Assembly: GCA_963789955.1 (NCBI GenBank)
Contig: CAWBMV010000036.1
Location: forward strand, 1-64,000
Length of the DNA stretch: 64,000 nt
DNA from: an uncultured Candidatus Rokubacteria bacterium
GTDB lineage: Bacteria; Methylomirabilota; Methylomirabilia; Rokubacteriales; CSP1-6
Direction: 5' to 3'
Part shown: piece after piece, positions 1 through 10,962 of the stretch
Numbering within the stretch: the stretch's first letter is position 1
Layout of the letters: every line of letters starts with the position of its first letter
The notes under the pieces: generated by a model
Seen by the model: the letters and a program-made list of their open reading frames with translations, nothing else
Databases searched by the model: none
What the model was told of the DNA's origin: nothing
Position numbers and translations under genes: made by a program

Positions 1-761
1 CGATCGGGTGTACATCGGCGACACCGGGGGCCAGCTCTGGAAGTTCGACGTCTCGGCCAATGCGACGACGAGCTGGGCCGGGAACGTCCTTCCACCGCGG
101 CGCCGAGCCAGACCAACCCGCCGACGGTTGGTGAGTTTTATCCGACTCAGGCCTTCTACGGCGCGCCCGTGCTCGCTTACGACACCTCGATGAATCTGTG
201 GGTCTTCCTCGGCACGGGCGACCGGAACCATCCGAACGGTACGGCCGCGAACCGCTTCTACGGAATCAAAGAAACGACCAACATGTCGAATGCGGCCGCG
301 CTCTCGGAGACGAACCTCGTCGACGTGACCTCGACCAACGGCACGTCGTCGGGTGGCTGGTTCTTCAGACTGGGCACCAACGAAAAGGTGCTCGACCCGG
401 CGAACGTCTTCAACATGGACGTGCTGTTCTCCGGGTTCACGCCGACCAGCACTGTGACGTGCACCAGCGGCGGTGGGACGGCCAAGCTGTACTCGGTCCA
501 GATGGCGACGGGGTATGCGGCGATCGACTTTGCCACGGGCGCCGCCCTTACGACGACCGACTCGTCGGTCACCCGCTCCACGACGATCGGCCAGGGCATC
601 GCCTCGATGCCGGTCGTCATCGTGACACCCCCTGCGGGCTCGGGACAGGCGACGGCGTCGGCGATCACCGCGACGACGCCAACCAGCAGCTCCCGAACAA
701 TCCGATCCCCGCGCCAACATTCCTGAAGCAGGTCCGCTCCTGGCGTGAGCGCATCCAGTGA
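1..761 (+). CDS. pilY1: PilY1/PilC-like type IV pilus tip protein, C-terminal part (5'-truncated, frameshifted)
   Basis: Three joined frames give YIGDTGGQLWKFD, WVFLGTGDR, GGWFFRL..EKV and a C-terminal RSWRE, typical of PilY1 beta-propeller C-termini. Confidence 0.7.
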
Positions 762-1453
762 AGAAAGTCGCGCTCATCGCGCTGACGCTCTGCGCGCTAC
801 TGCCGGGCGCCGCTCGGGGCCAGAACAAGGCCGCTGACGCGGCGGCCCAGCAGAACGCGCGCGGCGCCGCACTTCTGAAGGACGGCAAGTTCGAGGAGGC
901 GGTCGCCGAGCTCCAGAAGGCGGCTGACGCGGCGCCGACGTCCGCCGTCATCCAGTCGAACCTCGCCTATGCGTACGACCGCCAGGGCCGGACCGAGGAG
1001 GCGGTCGCCGCCTATCGCAAGGCCCTCGAGCTCGATCCCAAGAACACCATCGTGCGCAATAATCTGGCGAACCTGTACAGCAAGCAGGGTCTCTACGAAG
1101 ACGCCGCCCGCGAGTATGAGGATCTCGTTCAGCGCGATCCCGGCAATACGACGGCGAAGACCAACCTCGACGCGATGGTCAAGAACAAGACCGTCTTGCA
1201 GGAGCGCAAGGAGCAGGTGTCCTCGGCGCTCCAGGGAGCTGACTCCAAGCCGAAGGATCCGCAGGCCGCGTACAATGCCGCACGTGTGTACGCGAGGCTC
1301 GGTGACGCGGATCAGGCGCTCTCCTGGCTCAACAAGGCGCTCGATCTCGGCTACGACCAGTTCGACTACCTGAGCCTCGATCCGTCGCTCGTCAACCTCA
1401 AGAAGGATCCGCGGTTCATGAAGCTTCTCGAAGAGCGGCGGCCGGCGCGCTAA
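758..1453 (+). CDS. Exported tetratricopeptide-repeat protein
   Basis: Signal peptide, repeated TPR helices (NLAYAY..GRTEEAVAAYRKALELDP), C-terminal YNAARVYA..LNKALDLGY; GTGA overlap with upstream gene. Confidence 0.85.
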   Translation: MKKVALIALTLCALLPGAARGQNKAADAAAQQNARGAALLKDGKFEEAVAELQKAADAAPTSAVIQSNLAYAYDRQGRTEEAVAAYRKALELDPKNTIVRNNLANLYSKQGLYEDAAREYEDLVQRDPGNTTAKTNLDAMVKNKTVLQERKEQVSSALQGADSKPKDPQAAYNAARVYARLGDADQALSWLNKALDLGYDQFDYLSLDPSLVNLKKDPRFMKLLEERRPAR

Positions 1454-2346
1454 CGCTTCACGGGAAATGCGGCGGCCATCTGTCGGGCCGCCGCATCCAT
1501 CGCCGTTCGCATCGCGTCGAGCAGACCCTTCCGCTGAGTCGTCACGAACCAGCGCCCCGCGTCGGTCTCGGAAAACGCCACGTACTCCCCGAGCTCCTCG
1601 TCCGTCAACGACCGAAACGTGTAGAGCCAGCGGACGAGCGCGTCGCGCACGAGGCTGTCCTGCTTCGCTCGTAGGGTTCGCTCCGCGGAGTCCATTTCCC
1701 GCGCGGTGGGCCGCTTTTCGGACGGCAGCACCGGCTCGAGCGAGCGCGAGACGGCCCTGAAAGCGACCACGCCCATCTCGATCTGGAGCTCCGCGCTGCG
1801 CATCGATGCCTCGTACCGCTGAACGAGGGCGACGCGCGCCGGCTTGGGAACGTCGCCCTGGAGCCCGATCGCGAAGCGCTCGAGATCCTGCTTCGCACCC
1901 GGCTCGCTGGCCGCGACCTCCAGCGCCGCGACCTTTCGGAACAGCGGCGTCCTGAGCTGCCCGATCACGAAACCCATCCGCGACGGATCGTAGTTGGCCT
2001 TGAAGGCGGCGCGGACGGCGCCGTAGAGCACGTCGGTCCGAAACGCGTCGCCGAGAATCTTGACGATGCGCGCCTTCTCCTCAGGCTTGATTGGCGTCTG
2101 ACGCACGTCGAGCTGGGCGCGAATGTGCGCGGGAATCGTCTCCAGCGCGTGCTTGGTGCCGGAGATCTCGAGAGCCTCGGTGATCAGCGCCTCACGCTCG
2201 CCCTCGACCGGCCGGACCTGAGGCGGCTGGTCCGAGTACGTGACGATGCCCTGATCGTTCACCCAACGGTACGTCTTCGCCTCGGCGAACGAGCCCATCG
2301 CCAGCGCGACCAGCCCGACGAGACACAGAATCGCGCGGAGCTTCAT
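1450..2346 (-). CDS. Exported protein with N-terminal DUF4124-like domain
   Basis: GAGGAG RBS before ATG at 2346, signal peptide, YRWVNDQGIVTYSDQPP motif. Confidence 0.7.
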   Translation of the reverse strand: MKLRAILCLVGLVALAMGSFAEAKTYRWVNDQGIVTYSDQPPQVRPVEGEREALITEALEISGTKHALETIPAHIRAQLDVRQTPIKPEEKARIVKILGDAFRTDVLYGAVRAAFKANYDPSRMGFVIGQLRTPLFRKVAALEVAASEPGAKQDLERFAIGLQGDVPKPARVALVQRYEASMRSAELQIEMGVVAFRAVSRSLEPVLPSEKRPTAREMDSAERTLRAKQDSLVRDALVRWLYTFRSLTDEELGEYVAFSETDAGRWFVTTQRKGLLDAMRTAMDAAARQMAAAFPVKR

Positions 2347-2357
2347 GGCGATCCTCC

Positions 2358-3060
2358 TCAATACTTGACCCGGCCGAAGAGCCGGAGCGCCGCGGGACCA
2401 TACTCCATTTCAATCTGTTTCGTGTGCGCGACGACGACCGCCCAGACTCGCCTGAGCTCGGCGACCGGATCGGCGTGATCGTCGACGCGGAGGTTGTGGT
2501 ACATACGCGGGTCGCGGACGGCCGCCACCAGGAGCGCCGCCGACTGCTTGCCCCGCTTGTCACCGCCGGCCGCCTGTCCCGCTTCGAGCGCCAGCAGAAG
2601 GCGGTCGGACAGGTCACGACGCTCGCCATCGCTCGCGCGAAATGCGCTGGCCATCGCGGCGATCACGTCCGGGCCGGCCAGCATGTTGCCGGCGATCGTG
2701 AACTCGTCGGCCTGCTCGTGGCCGCACCACGACACGCAGCTCGCGCCGGTGTGGCAAAACACGCGCTCGCCGTCGAGGCCGTGCACCTGACGGATCTCGC
2801 GCTCACTGTCCTTTCGGAGAAGCGCGGTCAGCGCAACGTCGACCGGTACCCCCTGGGTGAGAAGCGCGAGTCCCTGCCGGCCCAGCTCGGTGTTGACGCG
2901 CGCCTGCGTCGCGATGGCGCCACGCGGCGAAACCCAGGGGACAAGGCTGCCCCACGTTCGGTCGCGCGGTGGCGACGGCGACGCCAAAAGCGCCGGTCTC
3001 ACGATCGCGCGCAGTGATGGAAAAGGTGTGAAAATCAATCACCTTTTCAATTTGTATCAT
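2358..3060 (-). CDS. DUF1028 family (Ntn-hydrolase-like) protein, frameshifted near 2950
   Basis: HTFSITARD..GAFGVAVAT, GAIATQA, AGGDKRGKQSAAL and LRVDDHADPVAEL motifs across two frames. Confidence 0.85.
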
Positions 3061-3093
3061 GGGGGTGCCCGTGAACCCGCCCGATTACTGCTC

Positions 3094-4776
3094 ATGAGCC
3101 ACCCTGACCTGGTTCTTTACGACGGTCACGTCGTCACCCTCGATCCCTCCCTCCACGTCGCGGAGGCCGTCGCGATCACCGCGGACCGCATCACGGAAGT
3201 CGGCGTCAGTACAGATCTCCGCCGGCTCGCCGGCGGCGACACGCGCCTCGTCGATCTTCAAGGACGTACCGTCGTGCCGGGGCTCGTGGATGCCCACGCG
3301 CACATGGATCGCGAGGGTCTCAAGACGCTGTACCCGTCGCTGGCCGGCGCGCGGTCGATCGACGACGTACTGCAGCGCATCGAGTCGCTGGTGAAGGCGG
3401 CGGCGCCCGGTGACTGGATCGTCACGATGCCGCTCGGCGATCCGCCCTACTACTTCGACGTCCCCGGGAACCTCCACGAGAAGCGGTTCCCGACGCGTCG
3501 CGACCTCGACCGCGTGGCGCCGCGAAATCCGGTCTACATCCGTTCGATCTGGGGCTACTGGCGCCACACGTTGCCACTCGTCTCGATCGCGAACAGCGAG
3601 GCCCTCCGGCTTGCGGGTGTCACGCGACAGACGGCGGCGCCGTGGGGCGGAATCCAGATCGAGAAGGATTCGGCCGGCGAGCCGACGGGCGTGTTCGTCG
3701 AGCAGACGTATATTCCGGTCGTCGAGCTTTCGCTGATGGCGGCGGCGCCACGCTTCACGCACGAGGATCGGGCGCGTGGTCTTCGCGAATCGATGAAGAT
3801 CTACGGCTCGACCGGTACGACCAGCGTCGTCGAGGGTCACGGCGTCGCGGACGAGGTGATGCGCGTCTACGACGATGCGGCCCGGCGAAACGAGCTCACG
3901 GTGCGCGCCCACCTGACCGTCAGCCCTTCGTGGGGCGCGGCGAACGAAGGGGCGATCGAATCGCGGCTCGCCGCGTGGAAGCCGCGCATCGCTGGTCGAG
4001 GCAGCGGCGATGCGTTCCTTCGGGTGGCCGGCCTCGTCGCCGAGACGAATCCGACCGCCGACGGCACCGTTCGGGCGCGCGCGATGCCGTACACCGGCTG
4101 GGCCGGCTTCTCGTATGACGCGGCGCTGCCGCGCGAGCAGCTCAAGTCGGTCCTCCTGGCCGCAGCGCGAGCAGACATCCGCATCTTGAGTATGGGAGCG
4201 GGTCTGCTCGACCTCTATGAGGACGTGAATCGTGTCGTGCCCATTCGCGACCGGCGTTGGGTGATCGAGCACATCGGTATCCTCAGCGCCGAGGAGGTCG
4301 GGCGGATTCGTGACCTCGGCGTGGTCCTGACCACACACACCAATCGGTACCTCTACAAGGAGGGCTCCCTCTTCCGCGCTCAGGTCGGATCGGACGCCGA
4401 GGACACGATCGTGCCGCTGCGACGCCTCAAGGAAGCGGGCGTCCACGTGGCGCTCGCCACGGACAACGTGCCGCCTACGCTGTTTCTTCCGATCTGGCAG
4501 GCGGTGGCCCGGATTGATCGCTCCACGAGCCGCGTCATTGCGCCGGCGCAGTGTCTCTCGCGCGCCGACGCCCTACGGGCCGCGACCCTGGAGGGGGCCT
4601 ACGTCACATTCGAGGAGGACCAGAAGGGCTCGATCGAGCCCGGCAAGCTCGCCGATCTGGCCGTGCTGTCGGACGATCCGATGACGTGCCTCGAGGATCG
4701 GATCCGCGACATCACGGCCGAGATGACGATCGTGGGCGGCCGCATAGTTCACGAGCGCGGCCGTCCTGGTGCTTGA
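3094..4776 (+). CDS. Amidohydrolase family 3 (YtcJ-like) metal-dependent hydrolase
   Basis: DLQGRTVVPGLVDAHAH, IEH, GSIEPGKLADLAVLS, TIVGGRIVH. Confidence 0.9.
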   Translation: MSHPDLVLYDGHVVTLDPSLHVAEAVAITADRITEVGVSTDLRRLAGGDTRLVDLQGRTVVPGLVDAHAHMDREGLKTLYPSLAGARSIDDVLQRIESLVKAAAPGDWIVTMPLGDPPYYFDVPGNLHEKRFPTRRDLDRVAPRNPVYIRSIWGYWRHTLPLVSIANSEALRLAGVTRQTAAPWGGIQIEKDSAGEPTGVFVEQTYIPVVELSLMAAAPRFTHEDRARGLRESMKIYGSTGTTSVVEGHGVADEVMRVYDDAARRNELTVRAHLTVSPSWGAANEGAIESRLAAWKPRIAGRGSGDAFLRVAGLVAETNPTADGTVRARAMPYTGWAGFSYDAALPREQLKSVLLAAARADIRILSMGAGLLDLYEDVNRVVPIRDRRWVIEHIGILSAEEVGRIRDLGVVLTTHTNRYLYKEGSLFRAQVGSDAEDTIVPLRRLKEAGVHVALATDNVPPTLFLPIWQAVARIDRSTSRVIAPAQCLSRADALRAATLEGAYVTFEEDQKGSIEPGKLADLAVLSDDPMTCLEDRIRDITAEMTIVGGRIVHERGRPGA

Positions 4777-4800
4777 CTACTCGCGGGACCGCCTCGTGCG

Positions 4801-5220
4801 CTACCGCGTAGGCGGGGGCGGCGGCGGCGCCGGAGTTGGCGATTGCGGCTGCGGTGCCGGCGCGGCCGGCTGAGGTACCGGCTGGGGCGGCTCAAACCGC
4901 ATCGGACCATCGTCTTCGATGCCGCGGAACCAGCCGGCCGGCGGTGGTTCGAACTGCTGTCCCCGGATCCAGCCTCGAGACTTCAGGCAGCCCTTGTACA
5001 TGTCGGCAATGACGATTCCGTAGTCCTTGCTTGCGCTCACCTGCACCGCGTTCTCGCGCGCGCACTCGTTACTTTCCCGCGAGAAGTCGCTGGCGCCGGC
5101 GCCGGGCTTGCTCCAGTAGTGCTTGCCGCAGCCCACCAATAGCAGGCCGACCACAACGGTCAGACCAAGCCGGTACGGGAGCGATCGGGGAGAGGCTCTC
5201 GCCGCGGCGCCGACAGCCAC
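4801..5220 (-). CDS. Small lipoprotein with Pro-rich tail
   Basis: Hydrophobic stretch with lipobox LVGC; EC...CLKSRGW motif; start uncertain. Confidence 0.6.
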   Translation of the reverse strand: MAVGAAARASPRSLPYRLGLTVVVGLLLVGCGKHYWSKPGAGASDFSRESNECARENAVQVSASKDYGIVIADMYKGCLKSRGWIRGQQFEPPPAGWFRGIEDDGPMRFEPPQPVPQPAAPAPQPQSPTPAPPPPPPTR

Positions 5221-5277
5221 ATGGCCACCCCTTATAGCGCCTATTCGGCTCCAGTCACGCCCCTGCCTACCGCGGGC

Positions 5278-5933
5278 CTATTTCTTCAGGCGGACATCCT
5301 CGAGCGGGCCCGAGTACGGAAAGGCCGGCAACAGTGTCAGCCCGGGCTCCTCCACCCGCGGGCCGTACGCCCGGATGAAGCCGTTCTCCCAGATGGGAAC
5401 GAACATCGCGCGCTCGGCGATCAGACGCTGGATCTGGAACAGCAGATCCTCGCGCTTCTTGCGGTCCATCTCCTGGAGCTGTCGCTGGAAGAGGCTTTCG
5501 ATCTCCGGGACCGTGCCGTAGGCGTTGACGCCCTTGGCGGTGACGTACGGCTCGAGCCGCGTGGAGGCGTTGCCCGCCGCGCCGGTGGCGCCGACGAAGA
5601 CGTTCCTGAGCTTCTTGTCGCGCCAGGCGGAGAGGAAGGCGGCGCGCTCCATGACGCGCACGCGAACCTTGATCCCCACGGCGGCGAAATTGTTCGCGAT
5701 CGCCTCACCCATTCCGTTGTACGGCGGGTACGGCGTGAAGTCTCCCGCGTCGAACCCGTTCGGGTAGCCGGCTTCGGCGAGCAATGCCTTCGCGTGCTTG
5801 GGATCGTACGGGTCGGGAGGAATCGCCAGCGCGAACTCCTGGTGACGAGGGACGATGCCGCCCGTGGGCGCCGAGAAACCGAGCGACTCGGCCGCGTTGA
5901 TCGTGTCGCGGTCGATCGCCAGGCTTGCCGCGC
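5278..5933 (-). pseudogene. C-terminal fragment of family 5 (DppA/OppA-like) ABC substrate-binding protein
   Basis: SLAIDRDTIN, PYDPKHAKALLAEAGYPNGF, AVGIKV; N-terminal half absent. Confidence 0.75.
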
Positions 5934-6287
5934 CACGATCGGGACTTTCGTGGTGGCTTTCTTCGCGATGAGTGCCGTCAGCGTGCTCGAGACGACGATC
6001 ACGTCGACGTTGAGCCGAAGCAGTTCTTCCACGGCCACCTGCGCCGCTTCGGTGCGCACCTCTGCGTATCGCCGTTCGATGACGACGTTCTGGTTCTCCA
6101 CCCATCCGCGCTCGCGCAGGCCATTGACGAACGCCTTCCGCCAGGTGTCCGCGAGCAGGAAGCCTTCCGGGAGGTTCGAGATGTAGCCCACCCGCGCGAG
6201 CTTTCCTGGCGCCTGGGCTCGAGTCGGCGACGGGACGACGAAACCCGTCAGGCCAAGGCCGATCAGGAACGCGCGGCGCGGAATCAT
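5934..6287 (-). pseudogene. N-terminal fragment of ABC_sub_bind-type substrate-binding protein
   Basis: RRAFL signal, GLRERGWVENQNVVIERR, VDVIV, AKKATTKVPIV, then similarity ends; paralogous to 17753-18754. Confidence 0.75.
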
Positions 6288-6315
6288 TGGACGATCTCGA
6301 GCCGTGCCGCCACGC

Positions 6316-6903
6316 TCACGGAAAGGGACACGCCTGTCGGCCGGGTTGCGGACAGAAGCTGTATTGCACCACACCGCTCTCCGCGAAACGCTTGAGCAGC
6401 TTCATCGAATACGTCATGTCGCTGACCACCGCGGCCTGGTGGCAGAGATGGCAGTCGCCGGGCAGTTGGAGCTTCAAGGGCTCCGCGGTGATCGGGTCAA
6501 AGCCGCCGAACGCCCAGTTCTGACTGCCGAACCCGGGCCGGACTTTCTGCATCAGGTGCAGGGTCCGCTCGTCCTTGCTGCGAACGAGGTGGCCCTGCGC
6601 CGTGGCTTCAAATCGCGGCGTCCCCGTCTTGGGATCTCGGCTCATGAGCTTCGCGCTGTAGACGTCCAGGGCGAACAGGACGCCGGCCGGAAACTCCTGG
6701 AGGCGCAGATCGCGCTTCAGCGCCTCGATGGCATCGCGCGACGCATACAGATCCCGCGACATCCCATCGGAACGATCCACCACGGCATAGTTCACCAGGT
6801 TCGTCTTGTAGTCGCGCGGATACGAAATGGTGGACGGCGATTGGGCCGACACGTGTCCGACCAAGATCAGAAGAGCCAGACCCCCGACCAGCCCCCGACG
6901 CAT
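6316..6903 (-). CDS. Cytochrome P460/c'-beta family c-type cytochrome
   Basis: Signal peptide, YPRDYK, FPAG, LMQK..G..W, C-terminal CHLCH heme motif followed by DMTYS. Confidence 0.75.
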   Translation of the reverse strand: MRRGLVGGLALLILVGHVSAQSPSTISYPRDYKTNLVNYAVVDRSDGMSRDLYASRDAIEALKRDLRLQEFPAGVLFALDVYSAKLMSRDPKTGTPRFEATAQGHLVRSKDERTLHLMQKVRPGFGSQNWAFGGFDPITAEPLKLQLPGDCHLCHQAAVVSDMTYSMKLLKRFAESGVVQYSFCPQPGRQACPFP

Positions 6904-7050
6904 CAACCTTTCCCTCTTGCAGCCGTGACGACACGCGCCCTACGATCAGACCGCCAGGGCCCCGGCGCGCGTGACGGACCGAACGCTAGGCCACGACCAC
7001 GACCGGGTCAATATGTGACGCTGCTTCATCCCGGGCCAACGAGGTGATTC

Positions 7051-7716
7051 ATGGAACTGTACGACGTGCTGCGCACGACCTTCGCCGCTCGAGAGTTCAC
7101 AGCCGATCCTCTGCCCGACGAGGTCCTGGCGAAGATCCTGGACCAGGCGCGCTTCGCGCCGAGCGGCGGGAACCGACAGGGCTGGCGCGTGATCGTCATC
7201 CGTGACCGGGCCACGAAGCGGACGCTGGCCGACCTGAGCGCCTTTGCCGGCCGGCGCTACGCAGCCCAGGCCGCGAACGGGGAGAGCCCCTGGAATACAA
7301 TCGATCCGCCGCGCGTCGATGCGGCCACGATCGAACGGACGGTCGTTCCGTCGCGATTGACCGAGTCGATCGCGACCGCTCCCGTGGTGCTGGTCCTGTG
7401 CGTGGACCTGAAGGTCGTGGCCTCGATCGACCAGGACCTCGAGCGCGTCGGGATCATCAGCGGTGCGTCGATCTATCCCTTCGCCTGGAACGTTCTGCTC
7501 GCGTCGCGCCACGAAGGCTTCGGCGGCACCATCACCACACTCGCCACCGCGCGAGAGCCCGAGATCAAGGCGTTGCTCGGCATCCCGCCACATATCGCGG
7601 TCTGCGCCGTCATGCCGCTCGGGCGGCCGGTGCGCTCGCTGTCCCGGCTCAAGCGCAAGCCCGTCGCCGAATTCACCAAGCGCGAGCGGTGGGATGGGCC
7701 ACCTTTCGCGCCGTGA
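7051..7716 (+). CDS. Nitroreductase family protein
   Basis: ARFAPSGGNRQGWRVIV, LLGIP..MPLGRP. Confidence 0.9.
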   Translation: MELYDVLRTTFAAREFTADPLPDEVLAKILDQARFAPSGGNRQGWRVIVIRDRATKRTLADLSAFAGRRYAAQAANGESPWNTIDPPRVDAATIERTVVPSRLTESIATAPVVLVLCVDLKVVASIDQDLERVGIISGASIYPFAWNVLLASRHEGFGGTITTLATAREPEIKALLGIPPHIAVCAVMPLGRPVRSLSRLKRKPVAEFTKRERWDGPPFAP

Positions 7717-7717
7717 A

Positions 7718-8927
7718 TCAGATGACCTTGTCGGTCTTGAGCCGCTCGAGGTCCGCGGGTCCGAGCGACAGCCACTCCTTGTAGACCTCGCCGTTGTCGT
7801 GGCCCAGCAGCGGCGCGGGCCGCACCTGGGTCGGCGACTTCGAGAGCTGTACCGGGTTCGCCGGCATCGTGAACGGGCCCCATCCCGGATGATCGATGGT
7901 CGTGACCATGCCACGCGCGATCAGGTGCGGGTCGGTCAGGATCTCCTGCGGCAGCGAGCACGGCACCGGTGGGCACGCCGGCCTTGCCGAGGTCGGCCAT
8001 GACCTCGTGCTTGGTGCGCGTCATCGTCCAGGTCTCGACCAGCGCGTTGACCTGGTCTTTGTGGGCGGCCGCGCCATTTGGGATCCGACCACTCCGGCGT
8101 GGCCGATCAGGTCGGCGCGCCCGATCGTCTTGAGCAGGGCTTCCCACATGTGCGGACGAACGGGCTGGCAATAGATGTAGGCGTAGTCGTCGCGGCCGCC
8201 CGGCTTGCAGCGATAGATGCCGGAGGGTGACGTGTTCGCGATCTCGTTGCCGCGTCGCGGCTCGAAGTCGCCGGCCGCGTACGCGAGGCGCATGGCGACG
8301 CGGGAGAGATTGACGACGGCGTCCTGCATCGAGCACTCGACGTGCTGGCCTTGACCCGTCGCCTGCCGCTGCCACAGGGCGGCCATCACGCCGAGCGCCG
8401 CGTGCATGCCGGTGCCCGAGTCGCCGATGGTCGGCCCGGGCTTGAGCGGCGGCGAGCCCGGGAAGCCCGTGAGCGCCATCGCGCCGCCCGTGGCCTGCGC
8501 GATCATGTCGAAGCTCTTGTACTCGCTGTAGGGGCCGTAGTCGCCGAAGCCCTTCACGGAGAGATAGACCAGGCGGGGATTCAGGGCCGACAAGCGTGTC
8601 GTAGCCAAGGCCCATCTTCTCCATCCCGCCGGGCGCCTGGTTCTCGGCCACCACGTCGGCCTTCTTCACCATGTCGAGGAACATGGCCTTGCCCTGCGGG
8701 TGCTTGAGGTTGAGCGTGACGCTCTTCTTGTTGGCGTTGAGCAGGAGGAAGTAGCTCGAGTCGACACCCGGCTTCTCGGCGCGACCGTAGCGTCCGGGCT
8801 CTCCCTTGCCGGGCTCCTCGACCTTGATGACCTCGGCGCCGAGCCACGCCAGCATCTGGGTGCACGACGTACCGGCCTCGAACTGGGTGAGGTCAAGAAT
8901 ACGGATGCCGTTCAGCGCTGTGCTCAT
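7718..8927 (-). CDS. CaiB/BaiF class III CoA-transferase (formyl-CoA transferase-like), several frameshifts
   Basis: [67 protein letters not shown]. Confidence 0.9.
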
Positions 8928-8986
8928 GGTCCTTCCTCCCGTGCCGGGAATCATACCGCGGGCGGGTGCCGCCGAGCCGATCTGAA

Positions 8987-9063
8987 TGGCGGAGGGCGAG
9001 GATTCGAACGTGCCCGTTAGCGGCGATAGTTCTGGCACAATTCTGACACAGTGAACTCGCTCA
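8987..9063 (-). mobile_element. attR-like site: about 23 bp copy of tRNA-Ser 3' end fused to arm motif
   Basis: TGGCGGAGGGCGAGGATTCGAAC matches 19314-19337 with one G missing; followed by GTGCCCGTT..CGATAGTTCTGGCACAATTCTGACACAGTGAA, which matches 17701-17754. Confidence 0.8.
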
Positions 9064-9073
9064 GCGGATTCGC

Positions 9074-9790
9074 TTGACGACCGTCAGCTTAGTCGCTTTC
9101 CTGCTCGGTCTTCTCCTCTGTTTCCTACCTGTTCCAGGATCCCCGGCCACCATGCCGCCCATCCGGATGAAGGTCGTGGACGCGCAGGATGGCAGCCCGG
9201 TTGCCGGCGCTCATGTCCTGTTTCTCGGCACCGCGCAGGAGGGCACGCTGACGGGTCATGGCGGCAGAACCGCAAATCTCTTCGCCGTCGAAACGATGAC
9301 GGACGATGCGGGAGAATTGCGCCTCCCGAAACAGGAGTTTTCAGCCCAGCCCTTCTTCCTTAATACGACCTACCACAATCCCCGCCTGGTCGTGCTCAAG
9401 CCCGGGTACGCGCTGCTGACGCTGACCAACACGCTACGGGTGATTCCCAACCTGGACGAAGTGACGAGTTGGCAGTACAACGATCAAATCGTCAAGATAA
9501 AGCGCTCCACGGACGGCGACATCCCCAATACGGTCTATTTCGCGGGGCTGTACGCGGAACAGACCGTGAGTGAAAAGAACATCTGCTTCTGGAAGAGGGT
9601 CCCTCGCTTCCTGGTGGCGGTGGACCGCTTGGCCGTGGAATGGACCCAGAAGCGGGCAACCATTACTGATCCGGCTCTTCGCAACAAGTCGGTAAGCAGT
9701 CCGCTTCAAAAGATACTGATGAACGAACAGCTCTTCGCCGATAACGGTTGTGGATCGGCGAAGGCGTTCTTCGAACCCTATCTCCGCTGA
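9074..9790 (+). CDS. Exported hypothetical protein, carboxypeptidase-regulatory-like N-terminal domain
   Basis: Signal peptide, KVVDAQDGSPVAGAHV, TDDAGEL, KPGY; lower GC than flanks. Confidence 0.6.
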   Translation: MTTVSLVAFLLGLLLCFLPVPGSPATMPPIRMKVVDAQDGSPVAGAHVLFLGTAQEGTLTGHGGRTANLFAVETMTDDAGELRLPKQEFSAQPFFLNTTYHNPRLVVLKPGYALLTLTNTLRVIPNLDEVTSWQYNDQIVKIKRSTDGDIPNTVYFAGLYAEQTVSEKNICFWKRVPRFLVAVDRLAVEWTQKRATITDPALRNKSVSSPLQKILMNEQLFADNGCGSAKAFFEPYLR

Positions 9791-9816
9791 TTCAACCTTG
9801 CCGGTTTGGGAGCTTC

Positions 9817-10647
9817 CTAGGCGGCCTGAAGCATCGGGCGGAAGGCTTCGAGCGCCAGCGCGCGCTCCTCCCGCGTATGGTTAGGTCCGAGGAGCAGCAC
9901 CGGAAAGGCGGCGCCAGCCTCGTGCCAGCGCCGAAGTCTCCGCCGTGCCTCCGTCGGGGTGCCGTAGACGATCAGTTGCTCGAGTAAATCTTCCGCGTCG
10001 GCCGGGACGGCACCCGTGAACTTCGGCGCGTTGGCCGCGAGCACCGCTTGCACGGCCTTGCGAGTCGCGGTAGATCGTGCCCATCGTCGTCAGGTAGAAG
10101 GAGACAAACCACGCCGCGCCCTCACGCGCCTTCGCCTCGGTGTCGGCCACCACAGCCGGCACCATGGGATGAATCTCCGGGAGGCGATCCGGATGGCCGC
10201 CCCGTGCCGCGCCTTCGCGAAGCCGTTCGACGCCGGTTGCGAGCTGCGACCAGGGATAGAGAAAGGGCGCCCACGCGTCGGCCAGCTCGCCCGCGAGCCG
10301 CGTCATGGCATCGCCGAGCGCGGCGACGTGGATCGGAAGCACGGGCGCCGGCGGAACGTTGAGCTTGAGCGCGCGGGCGTTCGTCGTCACCGCGAGCGGA
10401 ATGCGCTCGCCGCGGCCATCGCGATGGTCGCCGAGCTGCGGTTCCAGATGCCGAGGATCCCGGTCCCTAGCGTGATCCGGGTGGTACGGGCCGCCGCGTC
10501 GGCGAGTAGCACGGTCATGTCGTACCCCCACGTCTCCGGCATAAAGAACCCGTCGTAGCCGAGGCGGTCCCCCTCGGTGGCGAGATCGATGATCGCATCG
10601 CGCCGCGTCTCCAGCGGCATGACAGAAAGACCGATTCGCGGGTGCAT
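9817..10647 (-). pseudogene. LLM-class flavin-dependent oxidoreductase with internal deletions
   Basis: PETWGYD, TTRITLGTGIL and PIHVAALG..AGELADAW present; the usual GRFILGLG segment is missing. Confidence 0.75.
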
Positions 10648-10962
10648 TTCGTATCCTCCGGCAGAAGTAGATCCTAGGCCCCGGTGTACAGACGCCAGGC
10701 CTGGTCCTCGGCCACGCGGGCGAACGCGCGCTCATCCATGTTCGACCTGGTATACGTCTCAGGGAGTCAAAAGGGGTGGAACGAGAATCCCCTTGACAGG
10801 CCTATGGTCCGCGCTTACCTAGGGGCGATATCGGGAGAATATGACACTCGTGCCGCTCTGCTCGCACCGACAAGGCCGTCTATGGTTCCCCGGCTCGACC
10901 GTGAGCGTGCGTGAGCCGAATGCCTCGCCGGGCGCCGAGATCCTCTACGTTGGAGGTGCCTT

